A stretch of DNA of 54,953 nucleotides from an uncultured Candidatus Saccharibacteria bacterium (GCA_964622275.1 CAZUMX010000002.1:3247-58199); one strand, 5' to 3'. Counted from the stretch's first letter, positions 18,898 through 28,277 are shown. A program made the numbers and translations. The notes: generated by a model from the sequence alone, not told the origin.

Positions 18898-20112
18898 CTA
18901 GCGAGTGTCTTTGAGATGGGCAACGACGGTTGTCCCTGACAACAAAAAACCGGCCAGAATAAGAAAGAGTGACTGGATTCCGCCAAACGGAATAATGATT
19001 GATGCGCAGATTGGAGCAATAAGAAAAGCGATTGGTGTAGCTAGACGAAAGGCGGAGACAAGATTTGCGCTTTCGGCAGGGATCTTTTTGTAGAAGTATG
19101 TTTCAGTCATGGTCTCTAGGATGCTTGCTCCCGCACGGCCAATGAACAGTACACTCGCCCATACGATAAGTGTCGTCGAGGTTATAAAGGGAATAAGCGC
19201 AGCTCCGCATGCCATCAGGAAAAGCCCGAGCACCAGAAGTTCTTTTTCTCCCAGCCACTTGTCTGCAATTTCACCAGCGGGAATCTCGAAAATGACAAAA
19301 GCAGAAAGTGCGATTGTTAGTGCAAGCCCAATGGTTTGCCAGGGGACATGGACATGCTCTGCCATATAAATGGGAGCATAGATGATCATCCATGCGTAGA
19401 AAAATTGCAAAAGTACTTGAACAGAGAGTATTCCTGAAATATCTCGACTGTGGCGAATTTCGCTGAATGTTTGCTTCAGAGATGGGGTATGGTATGGTGC
19501 GTCGCGAAAATCTTTGAACTTGGTGAACAAGAGAAGTAATGGGGGAATGAGGAGTATCGCCCCTCCCGCATAGATGGGGGTAAAGTTTCCACTTGCGGCA
19601 ACAAGACCAGCAATTGATGGCGGAAACATCCAGGCAATTCCACCAATCGTCAGCGCTGTCCCCCTGACAAGCCCGAGTGATTTCTCTTTCGAATATTTTT
19701 CAAGGAAAACATCAATAACAAAATAAAATGCTGTTACCAAGATACTTTGTAATAGAAAAGCAGGGAGAATCACCCACGCAGAATCGATAAAAGCGAGAGC
19801 AAGCAAGGAACACATCGATAGCGAAAGCACCGCTATGGCCGCATGGACATTTCCAATATTCTTGAGAAGGCGGGGCAGAATAATCAAGGTTACAAAACCA
19901 CACAATGCATTAAACGCATATAACAAACCAATAATGCGTTCATGTGTTTGTTCGGGCAGATCTTTTGTTATGGAGAAATGGTTGAGTATTCCCGAGAGAA
20001 ATGATGAATTTGTGTAGAGCGCCAAAGATATTTGCGCAGACACAAAAAACAAAATGCCATAGATAGCAAGAAAATGGGCCACCGACGGACGAATAAATCT
20101 GCGAAGTGTCAC
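18898..20112 (-). CDS. MFS transporter
   Basis: 404 aa and about 12 hydrophobic helices. The assignment rests on general architecture only. Confidence 0.65.
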   Translation of the reverse strand: MTLRRFIRPSVAHFLAIYGILFFVSAQISLALYTNSSFLSGILNHFSITKDLPEQTHERIIGLLYAFNALCGFVTLIILPRLLKNIGNVHAAIAVLSLSMCSLLALAFIDSAWVILPAFLLQSILVTAFYFVIDVFLEKYSKEKSLGLVRGTALTIGGIAWMFPPSIAGLVAASGNFTPIYAGGAILLIPPLLLLFTKFKDFRDAPYHTPSLKQTFSEIRHSRDISGILSVQVLLQFFYAWMIIYAPIYMAEHVHVPWQTIGLALTIALSAFVIFEIPAGEIADKWLGEKELLVLGLFLMACGAALIPFITSTTLIVWASVLFIGRAGASILETMTETYFYKKIPAESANLVSAFRLATPIAFLIAPICASIIIPFGGIQSLFLILAGFLLSGTTVVAHLKDTR

Positions 20113-20166
20113 GATGGTATTTTACCGTACTGATGTCTTGTCGTCAGTGGTGTGCAGCTGTGGATA

Positions 20167-20193
20167 GTTTCTCTCTGCAAAGCAGAGAGAAAC
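20167..20193 (-). terminator. 12-bp perfect hairpin 13 nt downstream of rnj (no U-tract)
   Basis: GTTTCTCTCTGC-aaa-GCAGAGAGAAAC. It could be a 3' stabiliser or an atypical terminator. Confidence 0.35.
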
Positions 20194-20205
20194 GACCTCA
20201 TAGCG

Positions 20206-22248
20206 TTAGATTCCGAAAACCACAGAGATCACGATAGGTTGTTTGTGTGTTTCTTGGAAAAGGAACTTTTCGATGGCATCACGAACAGCTTCTCTGACAG
20301 CATCAAAGTCGATTTGTGCCATGCCAGCGGACTCTTTTTCAATAATTTTCTTTGCAAGAAGTCGAGCTTGTGAGAGGAGTTCTTGCGACTCACGGAGATA
20401 GACGAATCCACGAGAAATAATGTCAGGAGACTTAATCATCTTACGTGTACGCATATCGACAATGCCATAAATAACGAACACACCGTCTTCGGCGAGCATT
20501 TGGCGATCGCGAAGCACTACCTCTTGGATTTCTCCAACGTTGAACCCGTCAACGAGAATGAGTCCAGATGGAGCCTTTTCTTCTCGAACAACAATTTTTT
20601 CTCCACCCACAATCTCAATAATCATTCCGTTGTCAGGGACAACGACGTTCTCTGGTGCAACTCCGGTCGAGATGGCAATATCTCCGTGTTGACGCAAGAG
20701 ATAATGGTACCCGTGGAGTGGAATAAAGAATTTTTCCTTTACTTTCTTGTGAATCCACTCGAGTTCTCCTGAATTTGCGTGTCCTGATGAGTGAACATCC
20801 GCAATCTTGTTATGGATGATGCGTGCCCCTTGGCGTGAAAGATTGTCTTTGAGCTTTTGAACTCCACGCTCGTTTCCTGGAATAATTGAAGAAGACATCA
20901 AGACGGTATCGCGAGGGGAGAGGCGAATGTGCTTATGAGTTTTATTTGCGATGCGCATGAGCGCAGCAAACTCTTCTCCTTGCGCTCCCGTCACAATGGC
21001 GACGACCTTTGATTCTGGATAATTTCCAACATCTTCAATGGGGACTATGGTATCGTCTTTGACTTTCAGTCTTCCATCAAGACGGATGAGCTCGAGGTTG
21101 TTTTTCATACTTCGACCATCAACAAAGACCTTCTTCCCATACTTCTCCGCCATGGTAATCATCGCAATCATGCGATCGACCTGAGATGAAAATGTCGCAA
21201 TCACCAAACGCCCAAGGGTTGTTTTGATGATCCCCTCTATGGTGTCCATCACTCGAGCTTCTGGAAGAGAGAACCCCGGGTTTTCGCAGTTGGTTGAGTC
21301 GGTAAGGAGAGCAAGGATTTTTCTCTCAGGTTGATCAAAGCGTTTCCAGTGCTCGAACTCATCGGCAGTTGGTGTCCCGTCTACGTGTTGAAGACGAAGG
21401 TCTCCTGTGTGGACAATTTCTCCCCATGGAGTGTTAATTGCCACTGCCATCGAGTCAGGAATTGCGTGTGTGACTCCAAAGAAGCGAAGCACAAGGTCTC
21501 CAACTTGGATCGTGTCGTTTGTTTCGATTTCACGAATATCGAGTGTTGGCTTTCCTGGAAATTCCTCCTGACGTTTTTTGATCATGAGTGCCGTAAAGTG
21601 GCGAGTGAAAATTGGCGGATTTCCAAGCCCATCCAGGATGTAGGGGATACCTCCAATGTGATCGAGATGTCCGTGAGTGATAACGACTCCACGGATCTTT
21701 TCTTTTTTGTCTTCTAGGTAGCGAGTATTTGGAAGAATGAAATCCACTCCAGGTGTGTCGTCTTCAGAAAATTGTACTCCTATATCTACGATAAGGATGT
21801 CTTTTTCTGTTTCAAACACTGTCATGTTTCGTCCAACCTCCTCGACACCACCCAAAGGAATAATACGTACCGTATCTGGGGCTATGGGGGGAATACGGAG
21901 AAGTTCGGCCTGTTTATCTTGTGAGTGCTTGATAGTCTGCTTTACTCGCGCAAAATGATTTCCGCCACGAGGATTTCCTCCTTTTCGGAAATTTCCACGT
22001 CCTCCGCCACGATGCGCATTGCCACGCCCACGTCCTCCGCGATGTTTTCCGCCACCGTGTCCAAGTCCTTGTGGTCTTGGAGCTCCAGTGTGGAGTGGTC
22101 GATGCCCACTAGTAAAACGGCCATGTTGCGGATGACCACCTCCTGTCCGTGGGGGACGAGGGGGAGGTGCAATGAGTCTCCCGCCTCTAATAAAGGGGCG
22201 AGTGCGTGATTGTTGATGAGGTTTATGAGGTTGAGTTGGTTCTGCCAT
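20206..22248 (-). CDS. rnj: Ribonuclease J with a ~125-aa Arg/Gly/Pro-rich N-terminal extension
   Basis: It has the metallo-beta-lactamase motif ITHGHLDHIGG and the beta-CASP/RNase J layout. The N-terminus contains GGRGRGNAHRGGGRGNFRKGGNPRGGN. Confidence 0.9.
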   Translation of the reverse strand: MAEPTQPHKPHQQSRTRPFIRGGRLIAPPPRPPRTGGGHPQHGRFTSGHRPLHTGAPRPQGLGHGGGKHRGGRGRGNAHRGGGRGNFRKGGNPRGGNHFARVKQTIKHSQDKQAELLRIPPIAPDTVRIIPLGGVEEVGRNMTVFETEKDILIVDIGVQFSEDDTPGVDFILPNTRYLEDKKEKIRGVVITHGHLDHIGGIPYILDGLGNPPIFTRHFTALMIKKRQEEFPGKPTLDIREIETNDTIQVGDLVLRFFGVTHAIPDSMAVAINTPWGEIVHTGDLRLQHVDGTPTADEFEHWKRFDQPERKILALLTDSTNCENPGFSLPEARVMDTIEGIIKTTLGRLVIATFSSQVDRMIAMITMAEKYGKKVFVDGRSMKNNLELIRLDGRLKVKDDTIVPIEDVGNYPESKVVAIVTGAQGEEFAALMRIANKTHKHIRLSPRDTVLMSSSIIPGNERGVQKLKDNLSRQGARIIHNKIADVHSSGHANSGELEWIHKKVKEKFFIPLHGYHYLLRQHGDIAISTGVAPENVVVPDNGMIIEIVGGEKIVVREEKAPSGLILVDGFNVGEIQEVVLRDRQMLAEDGVFVIYGIVDMRTRKMIKSPDIISRGFVYLRESQELLSQARLLAKKIIEKESAGMAQIDFDAVREAVRDAIEKFLFQETHKQPIVISVVFGI

Positions 22249-22309
22249 ATCGGTCTATAAATAAATAATTATGTTTTGTTGTTGCACTAACGTTTAATGA
22301 AGAATGCAC

Positions 22310-24064
22310 TTATGAGTCTGAAGATTGATGAATAATATGAGGCCGATCTTTTGCAAATATATGCCACACACGTTCGGTTTTTGTGTACCATTCAAAAATT
22401 GATGCAAATCGATCAGATTTTGTCGTCATGGGGCCAATGGTGACACCGCCGATCTTTTCGTTTAACGCATAGATAAAAGATGGGCTATAGAGAAAAATTG
22501 CGGGTTTATCAATTCGGATCTCATCTAAAAATCCCTGAAGTGAAACTGCTTCTTCTTCAGTTGTGGTGGCCCCACGTGCCTGTTCGAGGAATGTATCTGC
22601 TTTAGAATTTGCGTACATGGCTATATTTAAACCCGGATCTGTTCGTTGTGAGGAATGCCAGAATGGAAAAAGGTCAGGAAGCTTATCCGCGACTGCCCCG
22701 TAGAGCAACGCATCATATTGTCGAGGGGTAATGACCTCTTTTGCAAGAGTGGATTTGTCATAGACTTTTGCTTCAACATCAATACCTTTTTCTCGCCATA
22801 ATTCTGCGATAAATTCCGCTGCTTGCTTCAATTCTTCGGTGTCACCGGTACTTATTGATAACGTGAGGGGAGTAGAAGTTTTCTTTTTTGCATCTTTCTT
22901 TTCATAAAATCCATTTTCTCCTTTTGTCCATCCTGCCTTTTCGAGAAGCGCCTCAGCTTGTGCAGATCGTTCGTCTGGGGTGCTCGTACTGGTATACATC
23001 ATTCCGTATCTCCCTGGCGGGATAGGACCATCTATCGATGACCCATATCCAAGAAGTACTTGATTGATCAGTGCTTCGCGGTCCGTAAGAATTTCAAGCG
23101 CAGAACGAACCGCTTTGTCTGAGAGAGAAACATTGTGTGCTTGGTTGAAGTAGACTGCGAACACTCGATCAAGCGGACTTGATAATACTCGCGTGTTTGG
23201 TTGAGTGGAGAGAGTTTTTCCGAGTGCGGGGTCCACATCAGAAATAGCAGTTACCTCGCCATTTTCATATGCGCGCAAGAGCTCCTCGCGATTGCCATAA
23301 AACGATATGACAACAGTTTCAATGTATGGCCGGCCAAGAGCGAAGTGTTTGAATGCTTTAAGGGTGTAAGAGACAGGAATCCCGTCACTGCGAGAAATAA
23401 CGTCCTCAATCATGTATGGCCCAGTCCCTACTGGCTTAAGGTTATAGCTAGAAAGATCAAATTGTTCTCTCGGGACAGACTCCCAAAGATGCGCTGGAAG
23501 GATGCCCATGCTGAGTTGTTCGATGAATGGAGCATATGATGTAGGAAGGACAAACACCACTGTGCGATCGTCAGGAGTTTGTACTTCGATTCCTTCCCAA
23601 CTTGCTCTGCGAACCCCCTTAATTTCTCGGGCGCCATCAACCATTGCCGCAACAGTAAAGGCAACATCGTGCGATGTGACGGGAGTCCCGTCATGCCAGC
23701 GAAGTCCCGCACGAATTGTTACTGTGTAAGTTTTTCCATCCTCACTCACAAGCACATTTTCTGCCAGATCTGGTTGGTACGATCCATCAGGCATTTTGCG
23801 CACGAGTCCTGAGTAGATAAGCGCCGCAAGATCACGATCTGTGTCGGTACGTGCAATAACCGGATTAATGTGTCTTGGAAATCCTATGACGCCTTCTGTA
23901 AGTGTTCCTCCTTGTTTCGGCACTTCGACCATTCGTGTGTCAATGAATTTGAGCAGAAGAAGAACCCCAGTGATGAGGGAGACAAACAGTGCGATCCAGA
24001 AAATCTTTTGTTCGAGTGGAGAAAGGGCAGAAATAGCCCGGTATGATGGTGATGAGGTATTCAT
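22310..24064 (-). CDS. ABC-type substrate-binding protein, family 5 (peptide/nickel type), membrane-anchored, orphan
   Basis: An N-terminal TM helix is followed by the typical LRWHDGTPVTSHDVAFT segment. No permease or ATPase gene is adjacent. Confidence 0.75.
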   Translation of the reverse strand: MNTSSPSYRAISALSPLEQKIFWIALFVSLITGVLLLLKFIDTRMVEVPKQGGTLTEGVIGFPRHINPVIARTDTDRDLAALIYSGLVRKMPDGSYQPDLAENVLVSEDGKTYTVTIRAGLRWHDGTPVTSHDVAFTVAAMVDGAREIKGVRRASWEGIEVQTPDDRTVVFVLPTSYAPFIEQLSMGILPAHLWESVPREQFDLSSYNLKPVGTGPYMIEDVISRSDGIPVSYTLKAFKHFALGRPYIETVVISFYGNREELLRAYENGEVTAISDVDPALGKTLSTQPNTRVLSSPLDRVFAVYFNQAHNVSLSDKAVRSALEILTDREALINQVLLGYGSSIDGPIPPGRYGMMYTSTSTPDERSAQAEALLEKAGWTKGENGFYEKKDAKKKTSTPLTLSISTGDTEELKQAAEFIAELWREKGIDVEAKVYDKSTLAKEVITPRQYDALLYGAVADKLPDLFPFWHSSQRTDPGLNIAMYANSKADTFLEQARGATTTEEEAVSLQGFLDEIRIDKPAIFLYSPSFIYALNEKIGGVTIGPMTTKSDRFASIFEWYTKTERVWHIFAKDRPHIIHQSSDS

Positions 24065-24136
24065 GGGTAGAATGAAAAGTACACAACAAATCAGCGCATG
24101 ACCTGATTCTCAAAGAATGCTCTCGAGGGGATGTTC

Positions 24137-24367
24137 CTATCCTACAAGCAGTGCGAGCATGTTCGCGGCGACAAAGAGAACCGCGAGTACAATGGTCGCA
24201 TTGAAGAGGGTGCGCTCAGCACCACGGCGAGCGTAGGAGACCTGTGATCCATCTCCACCAAAGGCTCCTCCAAGCTCCGCTCCGGAGCGTTGTAGCATGA
24301 TGGCGATGATGAGGAGAACCGCGAGCAGTATTTGCGCCCACGGCAATATCCCTGCGAGTAATGTCAT
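24137..24367 (-). CDS. secG: Preprotein translocase subunit SecG
   Basis: 76 aa with two TM helices flanking the Gly-rich loop LQRSGAELGGAFGG. Confidence 0.8.
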   Translation of the reverse strand: MTLLAGILPWAQILLAVLLIIAIMLQRSGAELGGAFGGDGSQVSYARRGAERTLFNATIVLAVLFVAANMLALLVG

Positions 24368-24455
24368 GTACCCGTTAACCTATCATAGAGCTCTGGGGGA
24401 GGCAAGTCCTCCTGGGGGAAATCTCTTATCCACGGTTGTGATACGATAATTCTAT

Positions 24456-25058
24456 ATGAAATGGATTGTTGTTGGGCTCGGAAACCCAGGGAGCGAATAC
24501 GAGGAGACACGGCATAATGCTGGGAGGGATATTGTTGTTGGATTTGTGAAAAAAGAGGGACATGGTCCATGGGAAGCTGTTCCAAAAAAGAAGCCTATCG
24601 CAACAGTAGCAAAAGGGAAGGTTGGGAAACACGAGGTCCTTTTTGTTCTCCCAGATCTTTTTATGAATAATTCTGGGAAGGTTGTTGCAGGGTATGTGAA
24701 GTCTAAGGCTGCGGCAAAAAATCTTCTTGTTGTGCAAGACGATCTAGATCTTCCACTTGGGGCAGTGAAACTCGCCTTCAATCGTGGGTCAGGGGGACAC
24801 AAGGGAGTGGAGTCTATTATGCGTGCTGTAAAGACGAAAGAGTTCGTGCGTCTACGCATTGGTGTTTCTCCTCATACAGCGTCAGGGAAAATCAAAAAAC
24901 CGGACGGTGAAAAGGCTGTCATCGACTTTGTCCTTGGATCATGGAAGCCCAAAGAAGAAGAGAACCTGAAAAAGATTGAAAAACGCGCGCGTGAAGCCAT
25001 CGAAACTGTCATGACTGAGGGCCTCGAACGCGCGATGAATGTGGTGAACTCACAATAG
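24456..25058 (+). CDS. pth: Peptidyl-tRNA hydrolase
   Basis: The N-terminal signature is VVGLGNPGSEYEETRHNAG. Confidence 0.92.
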   Translation: MKWIVVGLGNPGSEYEETRHNAGRDIVVGFVKKEGHGPWEAVPKKKPIATVAKGKVGKHEVLFVLPDLFMNNSGKVVAGYVKSKAAAKNLLVVQDDLDLPLGAVKLAFNRGSGGHKGVESIMRAVKTKEFVRLRIGVSPHTASGKIKKPDGEKAVIDFVLGSWKPKEEENLKKIEKRAREAIETVMTEGLERAMNVVNSQ

Positions 25059-25061
25059 CGT

Positions 25062-25436
25062 ATGGACCTCCACGAAAAACAATTTTCATTAGTGAAACGT
25101 GCAGAGAGTTTTACACATGCATGGCGAGGGCTTGGGATTTTTCTTCGCTCCACACACAACGCATGGATCCATATTGTGGTCTTTATTGTCGCTGTGGTGC
25201 TCGGGATGTATTTTTCTATATCTCGCACAGAGTGGATGATGCTTATCATTGCCGCAGGACTTGTGTTTATCTCTGAAGCGTTCAACACTGCTATCGAAAT
25301 AGATATCGACCTTACGTCACCAGGACATCATCCGTTTGCAAAGGACACCAAAGACGTTGCTGCTGGAGCTGTCCTGTTGTCAGCCATCACCGCAGCACTC
25401 ATTGGTGCGTTCATTTTTCTCCCTTACTTTATATAG
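25062..25436 (+). CDS. dgkA: Diacylglycerol/undecaprenol kinase (DgkA family)
   Basis: 124 aa with three TM helices, the AWRGL...NAWIH N-terminal motif and the SEAFNTAIE motif. Confidence 0.85.
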   Translation: MDLHEKQFSLVKRAESFTHAWRGLGIFLRSTHNAWIHIVVFIVAVVLGMYFSISRTEWMMLIIAAGLVFISEAFNTAIEIDIDLTSPGHHPFAKDTKDVAAGAVLLSAITAALIGAFIFLPYFI

Positions 25437-25535
25437 TCGTTGAAACAGAAAAAACTTTTCATAGATTGCTGTCAGCTTCCTGAATAGACAAATGAAATAG
25501 CATTGAACATCAAACCAATTCTTCATAAAGTACTC

Positions 25536-25560
25536 AAAAACCGCCCTTAGGCGGTTTTTT
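25536..25560. terminator. Bidirectional rho-independent terminator (dgkA / rpsA convergent pair)
   Basis: AAAAA-CCGCC-ctta-GGCGG-TTTTTT. Confidence 0.8.
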
Positions 25561-25698
25561 GTTGTGCGGGATAGAGATTCTCGATGAAGTTCTAGGCGTC
25601 GAGGGTGCGATGTCTGCGGAGATGTACAAGTGTACTTCGAGTAGACTCGTGCGCCTGAAGACAACGACGAAATTCACGAGAATCTCCTTCACGCTTCT

Positions 25699-26814
25699 TT
25701 ATTTTCCTTCGGAAAATGAAAGCGTCATCTTCTGATCCTTGGGCTCAAAGAGTGAAATTTGGAATGGATATGTCTTTCCCAATTCAAGTTTTTGACGAAG
25801 CTTCTCTTCGGTTCCAAACTCTGAGACATGGACGAGTCCAGCTACGCCTTCCTCGATAGAAGCAAGGGCACCGTACTTGTTGAACTTGATGACAACACCA
25901 CGAACAGTGTCGCCCTTCTTGTACTTCTTCTCAGCTTCTCGCCATGGATTCTCCTTGGTTGCTTTAATTGAGAGAGAGATTTTGTTATCTTTGATCTCAA
26001 TAACTTTTGCGCGTGAACGCTGGCCGACCTTCAAGAACTTACGAGGATCGTCAACGAGACCCCAATCAATCTCTGAAATGTGTACAAGGCCTTCGAGTCC
26101 ATCCTCAACTTTGATGAATGCTCCGAAGTCCACGATGCCGGTGACTTCACCTTCGACAACATCACCAACCTGGTAGCGAGAAAGAATCTGACCTTTTTCT
26201 TTCTGGGTGTGATCCTTTTCAGAGAATATGAGTTTGCCTTCCTTTGGTGCGGCCGTGATGATAGATACCTTAAGGCGCTGACCAAGGAGCTTGCGAAGTT
26301 CTTCCAAGATGCGGTCTTTGTCTCCGTCTTCAACGCGAGGGTAGTGCTCACTTGAGAGTTGTGACGCAGGAAGGAATCCTTGCACACCTTGCCACTCCAT
26401 AATGAGTCCGCCTTTGTTTGCGTCTTTGACGAGGACTTCAACGAGAGCCTTTGATTTGAGGAGAGATTCAGCTTCAGCCCAAATCTGGGACTGACGGGCT
26501 TCTTTGAGGGAAAGTTCCATGTATCCGTTCGCATTCTCACTCTCTACCACTTTCGCGGTGATGCGATCGCCAACGTTCATGCGCTTGATGAGATCCTTTG
26601 CGCTTTGGTATTCACGTCCATAAATAATGCCGACGCCAAAGGGTGGCATATCAACATAGACAGCTCCTGCCGCAACAGCAAGAACAGGACCCTCCACAAG
26701 ATCTCCTGGCTCTGGGCGAGCGAGAGGCATGTTGGCAAGGAGGGCAGTCATTGGGCGATGGTCCTCGACGACCACCTCCGCCTCACTCGTATGTTTCGTT
26801 TCTTTTGTTGTCAT
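25699..26814 (-). CDS. rpsA: 30S ribosomal protein S1 (four S1 domains)
   Basis: OB-fold S1 motifs recur, for example GDVVEGEVTGIVDFGAFIKV and GDTVRGVVIKFNKYGALASI. Confidence 0.9.
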   Translation of the reverse strand: MTTKETKHTSEAEVVVEDHRPMTALLANMPLARPEPGDLVEGPVLAVAAGAVYVDMPPFGVGIIYGREYQSAKDLIKRMNVGDRITAKVVESENANGYMELSLKEARQSQIWAEAESLLKSKALVEVLVKDANKGGLIMEWQGVQGFLPASQLSSEHYPRVEDGDKDRILEELRKLLGQRLKVSIITAAPKEGKLIFSEKDHTQKEKGQILSRYQVGDVVEGEVTGIVDFGAFIKVEDGLEGLVHISEIDWGLVDDPRKFLKVGQRSRAKVIEIKDNKISLSIKATKENPWREAEKKYKKGDTVRGVVIKFNKYGALASIEEGVAGLVHVSEFGTEEKLRQKLELGKTYPFQISLFEPKDQKMTLSFSEGK

Positions 26815-27148
26815 ATATATTGTGTAATAAAAAATCGCCGTTCGGCGATCCCGTGCACATTGTGTGGACGGGTTCGTGGCTTGGGGATGAAAAACACAAA
26901 GGGTTCTTCAGGGTTATTCCAAGCTGCACGTGCCTTGTAACAAACATCTCCCTCAATAAGAGATGGAGGGATCCTATCACAAAGAAGGGTGGAGATCAAG
27001 GAGATCTCCTCATTGAGTTCGGTGTTACAACGGTCCACCCTGTTAGATAAATTGAGGATTAAATTTACCAATATGTTAACCGATCTTTCAGCGAGCAGTC
27101 CCTTGATGCACTTGGCGTAAATTATCTAACGGGGTAAACTCCACTATT

Positions 27149-27781
27149 ATGGTAATTACATGGTTTGGCGCACAGTATGTGAAGCTCCAGCTCAGTGATA
27201 CGGTCATTGGTATTAATCCCATTGGAAAAAAGGCGGGCATCCCAACCACAAAATTTGGTTCGTCGATCGCACTTGTCTCCGCAGAGCGGACCGACATGAA
27301 TGATCTGGAACAACTCGAGTATGGTGAAAAAAAACCCTTTGCTATTCGGGGCCCGGGTGAATACGAAATCCAAGGAGTTCCTGTTGTTGGTATTGATGGG
27401 GGATTGTCTCCAGACGAAAAAGTTCGTAACACAATCTACGTACTTGAGTTTGATCAGATGCGCGCCTGTATCATCGGCGCTCAAAAGAATCCGAATCTCA
27501 CGAGTGAGCAAATCGAGCAGATTGGTGAGGTGGATATTTTATTTGTTCCTATTGGGGGAGGAGACGTCCTTACTCCAGCAGAGGCAGGGAAGCTCTCGGT
27601 CACACTCGATGCAAAGCTCATTATTCCGGTGCACTACGATGGCCCGAAGTCGAAGGAGCTCGCAACATTTCTCAAAGAAACAGGAGCCGAAGATGCAAAA
27701 GGGGAAGAGAAGCTGACACTCAAACGAAAAGATATTGAATCATTCGAAGGGGAAGTAAAAGTCTTAATCCCTGGAGTGTAG
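27149..27781 (+). CDS. MBL-fold hydrolase-like protein (UPF0173/Lactamase_B_3-like)
   Basis: The N-terminus ITWFGAQYVKLQ and the C-terminus AKLIIPVHY resemble this family. I did not see a canonical HxHxDH motif. Confidence 0.55.
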   Translation: MVITWFGAQYVKLQLSDTVIGINPIGKKAGIPTTKFGSSIALVSAERTDMNDLEQLEYGEKKPFAIRGPGEYEIQGVPVVGIDGGLSPDEKVRNTIYVLEFDQMRACIIGAQKNPNLTSEQIEQIGEVDILFVPIGGGDVLTPAEAGKLSVTLDAKLIIPVHYDGPKSKELATFLKETGAEDAKGEEKLTLKRKDIESFEGEVKVLIPGV

Positions 27782-27789
27782 GCATCCGC

Positions 27790-28161
27790 ATGGAAAGATT
27801 TTTTCGATTCATTGAAGAGCTTCAGGCGAAGCCACCACATGTGCGTCAACGTTATGCACTCCTCGCAACGGGGATATCTGGGACACTGATTTTTCTTCTG
27901 TGGCTTTCACTGTTTCCCGCAAAACTTGATTCTCTCACAAAGCAAGGCACAAAAGCCCCGAGTCCTTTTGCAAGCATTTTTTCTGACCTCAAGGTTTTTG
28001 GTGATCAATTTTCAGCTGTCGGTGATTCGATTAAGTCCCAACTAAAATACATCAAAGAAGAAGCATCCTCCTCGCAATATCTCCTCAAGGGAATCGTGGG
28101 GTCAACGACGTTACCAAGCTCCATGCCAACCACTACCGACAGTGGCTCTTCTGAGATGTAA
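27790..28161 (+). CDS. Hypothetical membrane protein
   Basis: 123-aa ORF with one TM helix (LLATGISGTLIFLLWLSLF), starting 8 nt after the upstream stop. Confidence 0.45.
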   Translation: MERFFRFIEELQAKPPHVRQRYALLATGISGTLIFLLWLSLFPAKLDSLTKQGTKAPSPFASIFSDLKVFGDQFSAVGDSIKSQLKYIKEEASSSQYLLKGIVGSTTLPSSMPTTTDSGSSEM

Positions 28162-28174
28162 AATACACAAAATA

Positions 28175-28210
28175 TTCACTTATATGGCCCAACAGAGCCA
28201 TATAAGTGAA
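28175..28210. repeat. 14-bp perfect hairpin abutting the promoter of the GC-rich cassette
   Basis: TTCACTTATATGGC-ccaacaga-GCCATATAAGTGAA. A shorter relative (ATATGGCT-ctataa-AGCCATAT) lies at 36795-36816. Confidence 0.6.
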
Positions 28211-28211
28211 A

Positions 28212-28240
28212 TTGACAAATATACTATTTTAGTGTAATAT
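28212..28240 (+). promoter_or_regulatory. Near-consensus sigma70-type promoter
   Basis: TTGACA (28212-28217), a 17-nt spacer, then TAATAT (28235-28240), about 38 nt upstream of the ATG at 28278. Confidence 0.55.
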
Positions 28241-28277
28241 CCTTTTTAGGCTCTTTTCAACCACAGGGGATATATAC

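Noticed and set aside
24364-24859. Minus-strand ORFs (73-135 aa) overlapping pth and the secG-pth intergenic region
   Set aside because: pth is unambiguous on the plus strand. These ORFs have no recognisable family features.
26815-27148. RNase P RNA, tmRNA, SRP RNA or 6S RNA in the rpsA upstream region
   Set aside because: I could not find the diagnostic motifs on either strand: GAGGAAAGUCC for RNase P, the GGGGCUG 5' end with a tRNA-like T-arm/CCA end for tmRNA, or the SRP domain IV GGAA/AGCA loop. The region is kept only as an unclassified structured element.
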